Assembly (NCBI RefSeq): GCF_009914755.1
Contig: NC_060940.1
DNA from: the human T2T-CHM13v2.0 reference genome, Homo sapiens
Direction: 5' to 3' (one strand)
Length of the DNA stretch: 64,000 nt
Below are positions 16,225 through 32,148 of this stretch, in pieces (within the stretch, counting starts at the first letter, position 1; every line of letters starts with the position of its first letter). A program made the translations under genes and the position numbers. A model generated the notes under the pieces. It worked only from the letters and a program-made list of their open reading frames with translations. It made no database searches and had not been told where the DNA came from.

Positions 16225-17470
16225 TTGTTTTGTTTTTTTTTCTTCAACTTTTACTTTAATTTCAGGAGTATATGTGCAGGATGTGCAGGTTTTTTACACA
16301 GGTACATGCGTGCCATGGTGGTTTGCTACACAGATCTTCCCATTACCTAGGTATTAAGCCCAGAGTCCATTAGCTATTCTTCCTGATGCTCTTCCTCCCC
16401 TCCTGCCTCCCTCTGACAGGCCCCATTGTAGGTTATTCTCCTCCATGTGTCCGTGTGTTTTCATCAGTCAGCTACCAGATAGAGAACATGTCTAGTCTGT
16501 TTTCATGCTGCTGATAAAGACCTACCCGAGACTGGGAAGAAAAAGAGGTTTAATTGGACTTACAATTTAAAAAGAGATTTAATTAGACTTACTCCACATG
16601 GCTGAGGAGGCCTCAGAATCATGGCGGGAGGTGAAAGGCACTTCTTCCATGGTGGTGGCAAGAGAAAATGAGGACGAAGCAAAAGTGGAAACCCCTGATA
16701 AACCCATCATATCTCATGAGACTTACTCACTTCACGAGAATAGCATGGGAAAGACCAGCTCTCATGATTCAGTTACCTCCTGCTGGGTCCCTCTCACAAC
16801 ATGTGGGAATTTTGGGAGATAAAATTCAAGTTGAGATTTGAGTGGAGACACAGCCAAACCATATCAATGTGGTGTTTGGTTTTCTGTTCATGTGTTAGTT
16901 TGCAGAGGACAGTGGCTTCCACCTCCATACGTGTGCCTGCTAAGGACATAATCTTGTTCCTTTTCATGGCTACATAGTATTCCATGGGGTATATGTACCA
17001 CATTTTCTTTATCCAGTCTATCATCGATGGGCATTTGGGTTATTCTATGTCTTTGTTATTGTGAATAGTGCTGCAATGAACATATGCGTCCATGTATCTT
17101 TATAATAGAATGATTTCTGTTACTTTGGGTATATACCAAGTAATGGAATTGCTGGGTCAAATGGTATTTCTGCCTCTAGGTCTTTGAGGAATTGCCACAC
17201 TGTCTTCCACAACGGTTAAACTAATTTACACTCTCACAAAGGGTGTAAAAGTGTTTCTTTTTCTCCACAACATTGCCAGCATCTGCTGTTTTTTGACTTT
17301 TTAATAATTGCCCTTCTGATTGGCATGAGATGGTATCTCAATGTGGTTTTGATTTGCATATCTCTAATGATCACTGATGTTGAGCTTTTTTTCATATGTT
17401 TCTTGGCTGCATGAATGTCTTGAGAAGTGTCTGTTCATGTCCTTTGCCCACTTTTTAATGGGATTGTTTA
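16225..17470 (-). mobile_element. L1PA/PB 3' end interrupted by THE1
   Basis: GTGCAGGATGTGCAGG...GTGCCATGGTGGTTTGCT; CATAGTATTCCATGG; GAGGAATTGCCACACTGTCTTCCACAA. Confidence 0.9.
16489..16866. mobile_element. THE1 (THE1D-like) solo LTR inside the L1
   Basis: TAGTCTGTTTTCATGCTGCTGATAAAGAC...GACACAGCCAAACCATATCA; L1 GAGAACATG|...|ATGTGGTGTTTGG resumes after it. Confidence 0.88.
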
Positions 17471-17801
17471 AAACAAACTATTCTTAAGGCTTTCTTAGGG
17501 TAACATTTGGAGAACATTGGCTCATTCCCAAACATAAGCCTTCTCAAACCGATTAAAATCTAATCCTCACCAAGTTAAGTAGGGCTTGCCTGCTGATAGA
17601 TCCTCATCAGAGCAAAGTCAAAGCTAAAGTTCAGGGGGACAGAAACTGAGTAAACAGAGGAAGCCAGTAAGGAGAGAGCAGAAAATGTAGCCCATGGGAG
17701 GGAGGAGACAAACCTCAAGAGGAAAAAGTTCCCAACACTTGCATGTCTTACTTCTTTAACCTCATAGAACCTAACAAATAAGTTATAAGAAAGGGAGAAG
17801 A

Positions 17802-18332
<531 letters not shown>

Positions 18333-18394
18333 TCAGCAGAACTCCTGTGATTCATAAGTGACTCATTTACTAACTTATTGTCAGTATAGATTCT

Positions 18395-18577
18395 CCACTG
18401 GGAGAAGACGGGCAACTTCTGGAGACATTTTTGGTTGTTACAACTAGGAGAGGGGCATCTACTACTCGCATCTAGTGGGTAGAGGCCAGAGATGCTGCTA
18501 AACATCCTACTGTACAGCCCCACCACAAAGAATGATCTGGCTCCAAGTATCGGTAATGTCGAGGTTGAGAAACCCTG
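18395..18577 (+). mobile_element. MER20 (hAT-Charlie)
   Basis: TCTGGAGACATTTTTGGTTGT...GTGGGTAGAGGCCAGAGATGCTGCTAAACATCCTAC...GAGGTTGAGAAACCCTG. Confidence 0.85.
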
Positions 18578-18995
18578 GTGTCAGCAGTGGGAGAAGCCTT
18601 AGAGGGAATTTCCAAAGTGGTAGGATCAGCACAGGATAGACCCTGAAGTTTAAACTTCTTCCAGGGGGACCGTTACCCAGTTTGGGGAACACCATGGTAT
18701 ATCACTAGCTGTGGGCTGATGCCAAGTTACAGGTAACAGATGCCAGCAGAAGCTCTGGGCAGAGGAAACCAAGATAAACCTAAGCAGACAGTCCTTGTGA
18801 AACTGAACAGAGTCAAAGATAATGAATGGAGAAACTGAGGCTAATCAGTTTGACCTCATTCCTTCCTCTCCCCACAATCAGGGGATCTTATGACTGAATT
18901 TCTTACAAATAGCAAAGGAATAAGTAGGCTTAGGTGAGAGGGGAAAGGGGCTAAATTGAGGGGAGCAGTGGAGCAACAGATTAGTGGTAGCAGAT

Positions 18996-19363
18996 TTATT
19001 TTTATTTATCTTTTTTTGTTGTTGTTGTTAAGACAGAATCTTACTCTGTCACCCAGGCTGGAGTGCAGTGGTACAATCATGGCTCTCTGTACCCTTGAAC
19101 TCCTATGCTAGAGCCTAGGAGTAAATACTAGGATTACTAGAGTAATCCTCCGACCTCAGCCTCCCGAATAGCTGAGACTACAGACATGCACCACCACACT
19201 GGCTAACTTTTAAATTTTTTGTAGAGATGGGGTGGTGGGGGTCGGCGGGGGGGGGGGGGTCTCACTATATTGCCCAGGCTGGTCTTGAACTCCTGGGCTC
19301 AAGCAATTCTCCTGCCTTGGCCTCCCAAAGTGCTGGGATTACAGTTGTGAGCCACTACGCCCA
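18996..19363 (-). mobile_element. AluJ with internal fold-back insertion
   Basis: 14-bp TSD TGGTAGCAGATTTA on both sides. Confidence 0.9.
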
Positions 19364-20171
19364 ATCCAATGGTAGCAGATTTAAACACAGGTGGATTTGG
19401 AAAAAAAATCTTACGATAGGTTTAATATGAGTCAGCAGGCCTGTTGAAACAAAACAGTGCTTTGTTAAGCTTGTTTTTGGTTGGTCAAATGTAGAAAGGC
19501 AGGTGTCTCCGCTAATGAGTACGTAGAGCAGGAATCCTAAGCAATCATCCATTTCAGAACATGAAGACAAAAAGCAGCTGCCCCTCCCATACACTGCCCA
19601 TTAAAATACATACTTTTAAAATTCCTTATTTTCAATTTTATTTTTTTGCTCTCTCAGAAGAATCAAATATATGTAATTATTCTGATGGAGGCTTGCATTC
19701 TTTGGGACCTAGGCCTGAGAAATCACGGTCAGTAGATTTCCCTATAACATGGGGCTGGGGAGCAAGTGCCAAACAGGGAATGTTCTGAAAACTCCTTAGG
19801 CACAAGCTGAAGATATGTTTGAGGTTTTGGATACAGAACATTTATAGGATATCTTTTGGTGGTCCAAGAGGACTTGAGTGTACCTTGTAAATACAGGATT
19901 TTGTTTTTAATTAGATTGATTCACAGAGAACCAAACCTAAGGAATCACATCATTCATTCATTTGTTCATTTAATAAATTTGTAGGTTGAAGCATTTACCA
20001 AGTGCTGGCAATAGAAAGAAGTCCCGGGTGTGCTTTGTCAGTTTAGTCGGGACTACACAAATGAGTCAATAACTGTAGTGGAGTGATGCGATCTCAACTG
20101 CCAGGAATCCCCCGGCTCTCCTCTCTTCCTGTGCCTCCTCAGGTAATTAGCTATCCTTTCTTTCTTTTATT

Positions 20172-20241
20172 TTCCTTCCTTCCTTCCTTCCTTCCTTCCT
20201 TCCTTCCTTCCTTCCTTCCTTCCTCCCTCCCTCCCTCCCTT
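20172..20241. repeat. (TTCC)n/(TCCC)n microsatellite
   Basis: Direct reading. Confidence 0.97.
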
Positions 20242-20302
20242 TCTTTCCAGATTCTGGACCTATTCCAGACTTACTAAAGGAAATTCTCTAAAGGTGAGGC
20301 AG

Positions 20303-20600
20303 TTTTTTAAAGACAGCAGCTCTCTCTGTCGTCCATGCTGGAGTGCAGTGGCCCGATCATAGCTCACTGCAGCCTCGACTTCTTGGGCTCAAGTGATCCT
20401 CCCCCTTCAGCCTCAATGAGTAGCTGGGACTACCGATGTGCACTACCACGCCCGGCAAACTAAAAAAATAATTATTTTTGGTAAAGACAGGGGTCTTGCG
20501 ATGTTGCCCAGGCTGTTCTCAAACTCCTGGCCTCAAGTGATCCTCCTGCCTCAGCCTCCTAATGTGTTTGGATTACAGGCATGAGCCACTGAGCCCGGCC
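20303..20600 (-). mobile_element. AluJ
   Basis: Reverse-complement Alu. Confidence 0.88.
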
Positions 20601-20702
20601 TAGCTACCCTGTCTGAGTTGTGCCCACTACACAAAGGTGTCAGCTACATGTGATGTCTGTGCATTTCTGGCCTGGACCGCACATTAAGTGCTCCGTAAAC
20701 AT

Positions 20703-20812
20703 CAGTCTCTATTATCAACAGTCTCTATTATCAATCAGTCTCTATTATCATCAGTCTCTATTATCATGAGTCTCTATTAAACAACAGTCTCTATTATCAC
20801 AGTCTCTATTAT
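20703..20812. repeat. Minisatellite, 7 copies of ~16-bp CAGTCTCTATTATCA(A/T)
   Basis: Direct reading. Confidence 0.95.
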
Positions 20813-21496
20813 GTGTTTTGGCTGAAAGAAAGTTCTCTAAAACCAGGAAATCAGGAATCAGCAGTTTTAAGTTCTCCAGGTTATATTTTAACATTGTGTT
20901 CATATGCAAAACAAAGGTTGTGAATCAGCACGAATGCTGGCAAGCCCTGGAAGGTTTGTGATCACGGACTTTCACGAGACCCCAAGGCAAGGAGAGACAG
21001 AAGCCCAGGACAACAGCATGGGCGCCGCTTTTTAGTCGGGCGCCGCTTTTTGGTCAGGCGCCACCTGGACTACATTTCCCATATCCAATTGCCGGGCTCC
21101 TGCAGGATTGGCCAGAACAACGCGGAAGTGATTACGGGTCGCCCAGCAACGGGCGGAGTCCTGGCCCGAAACTGGATGCGCACGCCCCTTCCCTGCGGCG
21201 GGGAGGCTGACAAGGCTCCGCTCTATCTCTAGCGCCTCGGAGCGCTCTCCGGCTTTGCTGTCTAGCCCGGCGGCAGCGCGATCTCTTAGGCACTTTCACC
21301 GCCTTCCTCTCCAGGCCCTGCCCCTTTGACGCCGGCCGTCGCGATATTGCGGAGACTGGATTTCAGCTTCGTGGTCGGCGGAGCGGCCCCTGGAGGGCGC
21401 AGTGCGCAGGCGTGAGCGGTCGGGCCCCGACGCGCGCGGGTCTCGTTTGGAGCGGGAGTGAGTTCCTGAGCGAGTGGACCCGGCAGCGGGCGATAG

Positions 21497-21631
<135 letters not shown>

Positions 21632-21849
21632 TAAGGGGGCCGCAGTGGGGCCGCGGACGCACCTGGGACCCTGCACAGCCCACGGACGCCACCTGCGCGG
21701 GGAGGACGCGCACTCCAGCGCAGCGCGTGCGGTGCAAAGTGAAAGTAACTGTTAAGGAGCTTCAGGGAAAAGGGTCCAGGGTTCCCAGTAGGGGCCGGCC
21801 CCCTTGGTGGGCCTCGGGTCCAGCGGGGGTCACCTGGTGGCTTCCCGGC

Positions 21850-21863
21850 GCGCCCTCTGCTGT
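21850..21863 (-). promoter_or_regulatory. CTCF-like motif in intron 1
   Basis: GCGCCCTCTGCTGT (reverse ACAGCAGAGGGCGC) closely matches the CTCF core consensus. Confidence 0.55.
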
Positions 21864-21920
21864 TCAGGATGCAGCACTGCGCGGCGCGGCGAGGGCAAAG
21901 CGGCCTCATCCCCGCCAAAA

Positions 21921-21926
21921 AATAAA
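21921..21926 (+). terminator. Candidate intronic polyadenylation signal AATAAA
   Basis: AATAAA ~290 nt into intron 1, with a GU/U-rich tract at ~21989-22015. Confidence 0.55.
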
Positions 21927-21989
21927 GATGTTTTAAAAAGCGCACATGCTCAGCTCCCTCCTGCAGGCTCTGGGTTGCAGGGATAGGAG

Positions 21990-23978
<1,989 letters not shown>

Positions 23979-25009
23979 AGAGCGGTGTTTTGAGCTCAAG
24001 TAGAGGTGGGTGGGGCAGGAGGGCAGTCTAGGTAGAGGGAACAGTGAGAGGAGAGACCCCCTGCATGGCCTGTCCAGGGGCCTGTGATCTTTGTGAGGGT
24101 CCAGGAATGTGAAGGTTAAGGCAGCGAAGGGAGGACCCATTTCAAGGATTTCTGTGCCTTGCCGAGAAGCTTGGGCTCTGTTGGCAGAGCCAGAGAGTGG
24201 CATTCATTCAGCTTGTGAATTCTGGAAGAATTTCTGGCTCTGGAGAATTAAAGGGACATTTCCAGCAGCAGAGCTCCAGTAGCTTTTGCAGGGACGGAGG
24301 CAAGCTCCTGAGCGGGCACTTGCTGTTCCTCTCACCTGTACATCTGTTGGGGAAAGGCTCCTTCTCATCCTTCAGAGCTGAGCTTACATGTCACTGCCCA
24401 AGAGACCTTCTTAACTGTGGGTGTCCCCTCGACCTTGTACTAGTCACCTTGTTTCTCTGCTTCTTCGTGCTTAGCCTTGGCTGTGTACTCCTCCTTGTTG
24501 GCCCTGTCTCCCTTGCCCAGGTTGCAGATGTCATGGGGCAGCTTGTTCATCTGAGTGTCCCCAGTGCTTGGCACCCAGAAGCCATAAGATGAGCCCCTGT
24601 GGGATGAGTAAATGAATCACCTTGGGAGGGTCAGCCGCAGGCTTCTGTGGGTGGGTGGGTGGTGCACTGGGCCCCAGAGTACAAAGATGCACATGACCCG
24701 CTTCCGGCTTCCTAAGCCCACCTCTGCCTCTGGCTCTGTGGGGCGTCTCCTCCTTTGCCACTCAGCCCCAGAGGTGCTTCTGCTTCCCTGCAGGCTTGCC
24801 CTGGAGCCTGGCGCTAGGGCCCTGGGGCTCCCTTGCTCCTGCGTGCCCCCTGCGCCTGCCTTCCTGCTGCCTGGCCTTTCTCCCATCTGCTTTCTTCCTG
24901 AGTGGCCCCTGGCCAGGGGACTCGGGTGCATACATGGTTTCCAAACACCTTTCCTCCAGCCCTCCCGACTAGTGTCTTAAATCTCAAGCTGGCCTCTCTG
25001 GCTCCGCTG

Positions 25010-25172
25010 TTTTTTTTTGTTTTTTTTTTTTAATTTAATTTAACTTTAAATTCCGGGATACATGTGCAGGATGTGCAGGTTTGTTACATAAGTAAACCTG
25101 TGCCATGGTGACTTGCTGCACTTGTCAACCCATCACCTAGTTGTTCAGCCCCCCGTGCATTAGCTATTTATT
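25010..25172 (-). mobile_element. L1PA 3' terminal fragment
   Basis: Poly(T) + GGGATACATGTGCAGGATGTGCAGGTTTGTTACATA. Confidence 0.85.
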
Positions 25173-25942
25173 GTATACACCAGCTGAGATGCCAGGGCTT
25201 GGCTGGCTCTCAGCTGGAGGGCTCACTCTCTGGACCTTGTGTCCGTCCCCGCTGGCCCTCAGTTCTCTGGATCAGGGTTGAAAGGCTGAAATTCTTTGGG
25301 TGTTAGCTTAGGATGCCTCTGATCCATCCTAAGCCGACATTCCCTTGATCTCTCCTGATCTGTGAGCATCCTGGCCCTTCTTTTCTTTTCAGTTTTAATT
25401 TTTGCGCTGGCTCCAACCCCTTTTCATTCCTGACTCTGGAAGTGACACTTGTTTTTCTCTTGGGGTTTGGGAAACTTTGTGGTTGTTCTTTCTAGGAGGC
25501 TGCTCTTTGAGTCATTTCTTTTCCATATTGTTTCTCCTACTGTAGCAGGGCCATGGCCAGGGATAGAGGCTGTAGCTCCCACTGAGACCTCGGGGTCTGG
25601 TGGAACCCGGTCTTGTGTGGGTGCTGTCGGCCTCTCCTGCTTTCCCACCTGCCTCACGGTTCACTTGTGTGCCTCAAAGGCACACATGTCCTAGCACTCC
25701 AAAGCCCACCAGGGTGGGCTCCCAGGGGTGAGGTCGAGGTAGACCGGGAACCCAAGAGAGCTGGTGGGCCTTTCTTCTACCCCTCTCCCCTCACAGTCTC
25801 AGAGCAGCCCCTTCATGGGAGATGGGAAGTGAGGGACAAGGTCTCAGTGTCAGAGCCGTCCTTGTTTGCCCTTCCCCGTGCCTCTTATGAAGCTCAGGCC
25901 TTTTGGCAGTCAGAGGCCTCAATGGTGCCTGTGTCCACAGGG

Positions 25943-25995
25943 CTGGCTGTCCTCACCGTCAAGTCTAGATCTCCCTGCTAACTTACACTGTGCTC

Positions 25996-26046
<51 letters not shown>

Positions 26047-26140
26047 GCTGTCCTCACCGTCAACTCTAGATCTCCCTGCTAACTTACACTGTGCTCAAAA
26101 AACACACGCACGCATGCACGCACATACACACACACACACC
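25943..26140. repeat. Tandem duplication of a ~57-bp unit, each copy followed by a CA microsatellite
   Basis: CTGGCTGTCCTCACCGTCAA(G/C)TCTAGATCTCCCTGCTAACTTACACTGTGCTCAAAA at 25943 and 26044; pure (CA)~22 at 26000-26043. Confidence 0.95.
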
Positions 26141-26799
26141 CATAGGCTGGCCATGGTGGGAGGCCAAGGTGGGAGGATCGCCTGAGCCCAGGAGCTCGAG
26201 GCTGCAGTGGGCTATGATTGCATCACTGTACTCTAGCCTGGGCCACAGAATGAGACCTTGTCTAAAAAAAAATTAACAGAAAACACCCCATACGTGGAAG
26301 TGTGGTATTCACATAATATGATGTTCACTTAAATTTGAATCCTTTGGTTTAAGTTTAGATTACTCTTAATTATCTTTTTAAATGACAAGCTCGTTGAAAG
26401 AATAAAAAATCAAAGACGGCTTCTATTTAAAGGAGAATAGGAGAATGCTTAGGGGACATGTGTTCTAATTTTCTCTTCATTAAAAAGTCATTTAAGGTTA
26501 TAACTAAAAAGAACATCTTTTAATTAATTTTTATATTTATTAAAAAAAAGTCTTCTATTGAAAGGTACAGTTCTTAGTTCTTCCCGTGTTAACTCACTCG
26601 GTTCTCTATAACCCCAAGAAGTAAGTGCTGTTATTGTCCCCATCTAAACTGTTGAGGAAACTGAGGCATGGGATTAAATGACTTCTTCAAGGGCAGAGTG
26701 GCTGGCAAATGGGAGACCCAGAAAACCTTGGCAGTTGGGCTTCAGAATCTTCACGACCAAATTAGTCTCTCTGCTTCAGCTGGTTCCGGATTCTTCCCC

Positions 26800-27282
26800 A
26801 GGGATGGTTGTGTCCTGCAGGGGACGGCTGGCAATGTCTGGAGATGCTTTCTGTTGCCACAGCTATGGGACTGGGGTATTGGCATCTGATGGGCAGAGGC
26901 CAGTGGTGCCCAAGGCAGCCCCGCAACAAAGAATGATGCAGGCCGGGTGCAGTGGTTCACGCCTGTAATCCCAGCACTTTGGGAGGCCGAGGCAGGTGGA
27001 TCAGTTGAGGTCAGGAGTTCGAGACCTGCCTGGCCAACATGGTGAAACCCCATCTCTACTAAAAATACAAAAATTATCCCGGCATGGTGGCAGGTGCCTG
27101 TAATCCTAGCTACTCAGGCTGAGGCGGGAGAATTGCTTGAACCTGGGAGGCAGAGGTTGCAGTGAGCTGAGATTGCACCACTGTACTGCAGCCTGGGTGA
27201 CAGAGTGAGACTCTGTCTCAAAAAAAAAAAAAAAGAATGATCCAGCCCCAAGTGCCACCAGCAGTGAGAATAAGAAACCCTG
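26800..27282 (+). mobile_element. MER20 interrupted by AluS (26941-27233)
   Basis: GGCAATGTCTGGAGA...; TSD AAAGAATGAT flanks the Alu; ends AAGAAACCCTG. Confidence 0.8.
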
Positions 27283-27486
27283 ATTCAGGCATGTTCTGTG
27301 AAAGTCAAGAACGTAGGTTGACAGAGTTTGTTTTGTTTTTTAAATGTCTTTCTGAATAAATAAAAACTGTTCTGAGTGAGTTTTGTAGTTCCTTTGGAAA
27401 GTATTCATTCTGTTTGTTTACATTTGTGCGCCTGCTGTGGGCCAGGCATGAGGCTACATGTCTGAGGGCCCAGCTTCACCTTCTAA

Positions 27487-28480
<994 letters not shown>

Positions 28481-29628
28481 ACAGAGCTGCTTTTTTTTGC
28501 AAGTGATATTGGATGGTGGTTGATGTACAAAGTAGGAGTTTGTCCTTGCTACTGATACCGTAGCTGGTACAAGGTTTTAATCGTTCTCCAAGCACTGTCA
28601 CAGGTGTCATGTGTCTCGCCTTTTCAGCAGCTCTGTGAGGTGGCAGTAGCCCTGAGGAGACTGGCTGGACTCAGCTAGCATGGGCTGCTCAGGTCTTCAG
28701 CGTGCTGAGTGAGGCATTCCTGCACTATGACAGAGACCCAGCTGCCAAGACTTTGTCAAACAGACCAGAAGCCAGCAGTTCATGAAAAGACCTTGCTTGC
28801 AAGTTGTAGAATTTTTTAGAAAATTCGTGCTCTCTGTATTTATTTTCTGTAAAATAATTGATAGGGAAAGAATGTTCACATCTTATCATCTAGATGTTGC
28901 TGATTAAATAATATAACTTTCTGGGTTGGCATGAGTAGGTGAACTTTTAGGAAACGCAGCCTACCCTTCGAATACCTCTTGTAGCACCTGGCTGTTTCCC
29001 TTTTGAAATAATTGTATGTTTTCCTGGATACCTTATTACCTGGTGACACGTGTTTCTAGTTATTGACCTATGTTTTTAATTATAACTTTGGGTGGTGGTC
29101 TGAAATGAAATGTTAAGTTTGACGCAAAAATCGGACTAGTTTGTGTAACTGATTTGTTCAAAATAACAGCTTACATTTCTCAGAGCTTTTTGTATGCCAA
29201 GTGCTATGCGAAACCCTGGATGTACAATATTCTTATAGTAGCCCCTGAGACCAGTGCTAGGATTATTTCCATTTTGCAGATGAGGGGATGGAGATTAAGG
29301 AGTGGGGTCACTTGACCAAAGGTGCACAGCGCACAGCTAGGTGCCCTATGGGAAGGTCTTACTGCATCTCTTAACTACCTCTTGGGACCAGTTAGGAACC
29401 AGTGCTTAATGAAACACTTTGAAGTTACATCTGTGGAAAGAATAAACATTTTAGCTGGGCAAGGTGGCACGGGCTTCTAGTCCCAGCCACTCAAGAGGCT
29501 GAAATAGGAGGGTTACTTGAGTCCAGGAGTTCCAGTCCAGCCTGGGCAACATAGTGAGACCCTGATTCTTTAAAAAGAAACACAAATAAATAAACATTTT
29601 AAGAGATTATATAAATTAGATATTATGA

Positions 29629-29989
<361 letters not shown>

Positions 29990-30187
29990 GGCCTCTAGAT
30001 ATTTTGAGTGATTCAGCAAACCTCCTAAAGTTGACCCCGTAGCTGGGGTCACAGTCCTCTTTCTCCTTCTTCCCCCCACTTCCTTCTTATATCTGGCTAT
30101 CTGGGAGAGAAAAAATTTAATACAATTGATTACTTTTTAGAAGAGTTAATTTTTACTTATTACTGTGGATTTTTTTTTTTTTAACAG

Positions 30188-30252
30188 TCACACCGAGGAG
30201 AAGACTCAGTGGGAACATCCAAAAACTGGAAAAAGAAAACGAGTGGCAGGAG
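30188..30252 (+). CDS. WWOX: WWOX coding exon 2 ([22 protein letters not shown]), end of WW1 and nuclear localisation signal
   Basis: Acceptor T13-AACAG|; 65 nt; continues the exon 1 frame (AA+T = Asn); TQWEHP closes WW1; GKRKRV; donor AG|GTTTGT. Confidence 0.98.
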
Positions 30253-30470
30253 GTTTGTATGTTGTTGTCTAAGGATCTTGGATGGAAGCATTAAGTAGAT
30301 GAGGAAATGTCACTGGCAGAGAGGTGACAGGTTATTGTGTGTTTAGGGAGGGCTCTCTGGTAGAGAACCAGACTCCCACTCTGAGGAGCTTATGGGATTT
30401 GGCAGAAGAAGATGATGAGATCATAGGGTGGAGTGAGGATGATTTCTTACTGGTCTTAAAGTACCAAAAT

Positions 30471-31093
30471 GGCCAGATGTGGTGGCTCATGCCTGTAATC
30501 CCAGCACTTCGGGAGGCCGAGGCGGATGGATCACCTGAGGTCAGGAGTTTGAGACTAGCCTGGCCAACATGTTGAAAGCGCATCTCTTCTAAAAATACAA
30601 AAATTAGCTGGGCATGGTTGCATGCGCCTGTAATTCCAGCTACTTTGGAGGCTGAGGCACGAGAAGTGCTCAAACCCAGGAGCTGGAGGTTGCAGTGAGC
30701 CAAGATCACACCACTGCGCTCCAGCCTCGGTGACAGAGTGAGATGCTGTCTGAAAAATAGCGACAACAACAACAACAAAAACCAGAAAATAATTGAGGCC
30801 TTTGATTCACAGTTTATGATGTTTTCCTATCGTTGCAGTGTTTATAAAATTGTTCTTGGCTATACTATGGAATTAAATATATAAGTATTTGGAAATTTCG
30901 TAAAGATTACCATGACTTCTAGGTGATTCTGAGATAATGTATGATCCACGGAATAGAAGTATAAGAAAGGGACAGGCACGGTGGCTTGTGCTTGTGATCC
31001 CAGCCCTTTGGGAGGCAGAGGTGGGAGGATCACTTGTGCCTGGGAATTCGAGGTGAGCCTAGGCAACATAGTGAGACCCCATCTCAAAAAAAA
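30471..31093 (+). mobile_element. AluS (30471-30781) and Alu monomer (30970-31093) in intron 2
   Basis: Sense Alu sequences. Confidence 0.9.
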
Positions 31094-31542
31094 ATATGAG
31101 AAGGTTCCTGCCCTTAAGAGGTTTAGGATCCAGCTGAAGAATCAACATGTGCACATGAAAAAAAATGGCCGTGCCCTCTAATGTCATATGAGGTCAGCGT
31201 ATGAATGACGTTGGGTGCCTGCCCTGCATATACATATGTTCTTTGAGCTCATTCAAGGGAGAATTCCCATGGATTGGCACAACCAGTATGGTTTATAGAG
31301 CGATCAGGAATAAAATAGGTTTTCTTCAAAACAAGAGGCAAAAATGTGGAGCCCAGGGTGGGATCAGGGGCCTTCTGCAGCTGTCGCAGTTGGAACATGT
31401 GACGAAAGCCAGTTGATGTGACAACTGCTGGGTGGGAGGGACAGGCTTGGGGGCGGGGCTGGGAGGGCTCCTTCCCTTCCTGACCCAGGGATGGTCTTTA
31501 CTTCTCCCTGGCACCTGTAGACCTGTCTTTCTTGTGTTTCAG

Positions 31543-31600
31543 ATTTGCCATACGGATGGGAACAAGAAACTGATGAGAACGGACAAGTGTTTTTTGTTGA
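31543..31600 (+). CDS. WWOX: WWOX coding exon 3 ([20 protein letters not shown]), first part of WW2
   Basis: Acceptor TTTCAG|; 58 nt; in frame with exon 2; donor GA|GTAAGT. Confidence 0.98.
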
Positions 31601-31776
31601 GTAAGTGTCTGCAAAGAAACCACTCTCAGCTGTTTTGCTTTTTAATAGGAATTTTTAATTATAAAAGTAATACATAGTAACTGTAGAAAAATACAAAGTA
31701 TAACAGTGTGTATCTGTAATCTTAGCAGAAGTGACTACTTTTAACATCGCTGGAACTTTTAACATCGCTAGATTTA

Positions 31777-32148
<372 letters not shown>

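Noticed and set aside
20703-20812. Repeat array resembling CRISPR
   Set aside because: Units are contiguous with no unique spacers; the context is eukaryotic
24197-24980. Cluster of 100-130 aa ORFs in a GC-rich part of intron 1
   Set aside because: Partly overlaps an L2-like fragment; no domain, splice or codon evidence
31737-31772. Short direct repeat ACTTTT(T)AACATCGCT x2
   Set aside because: Ordinary slippage duplication in old repeat-derived sequence
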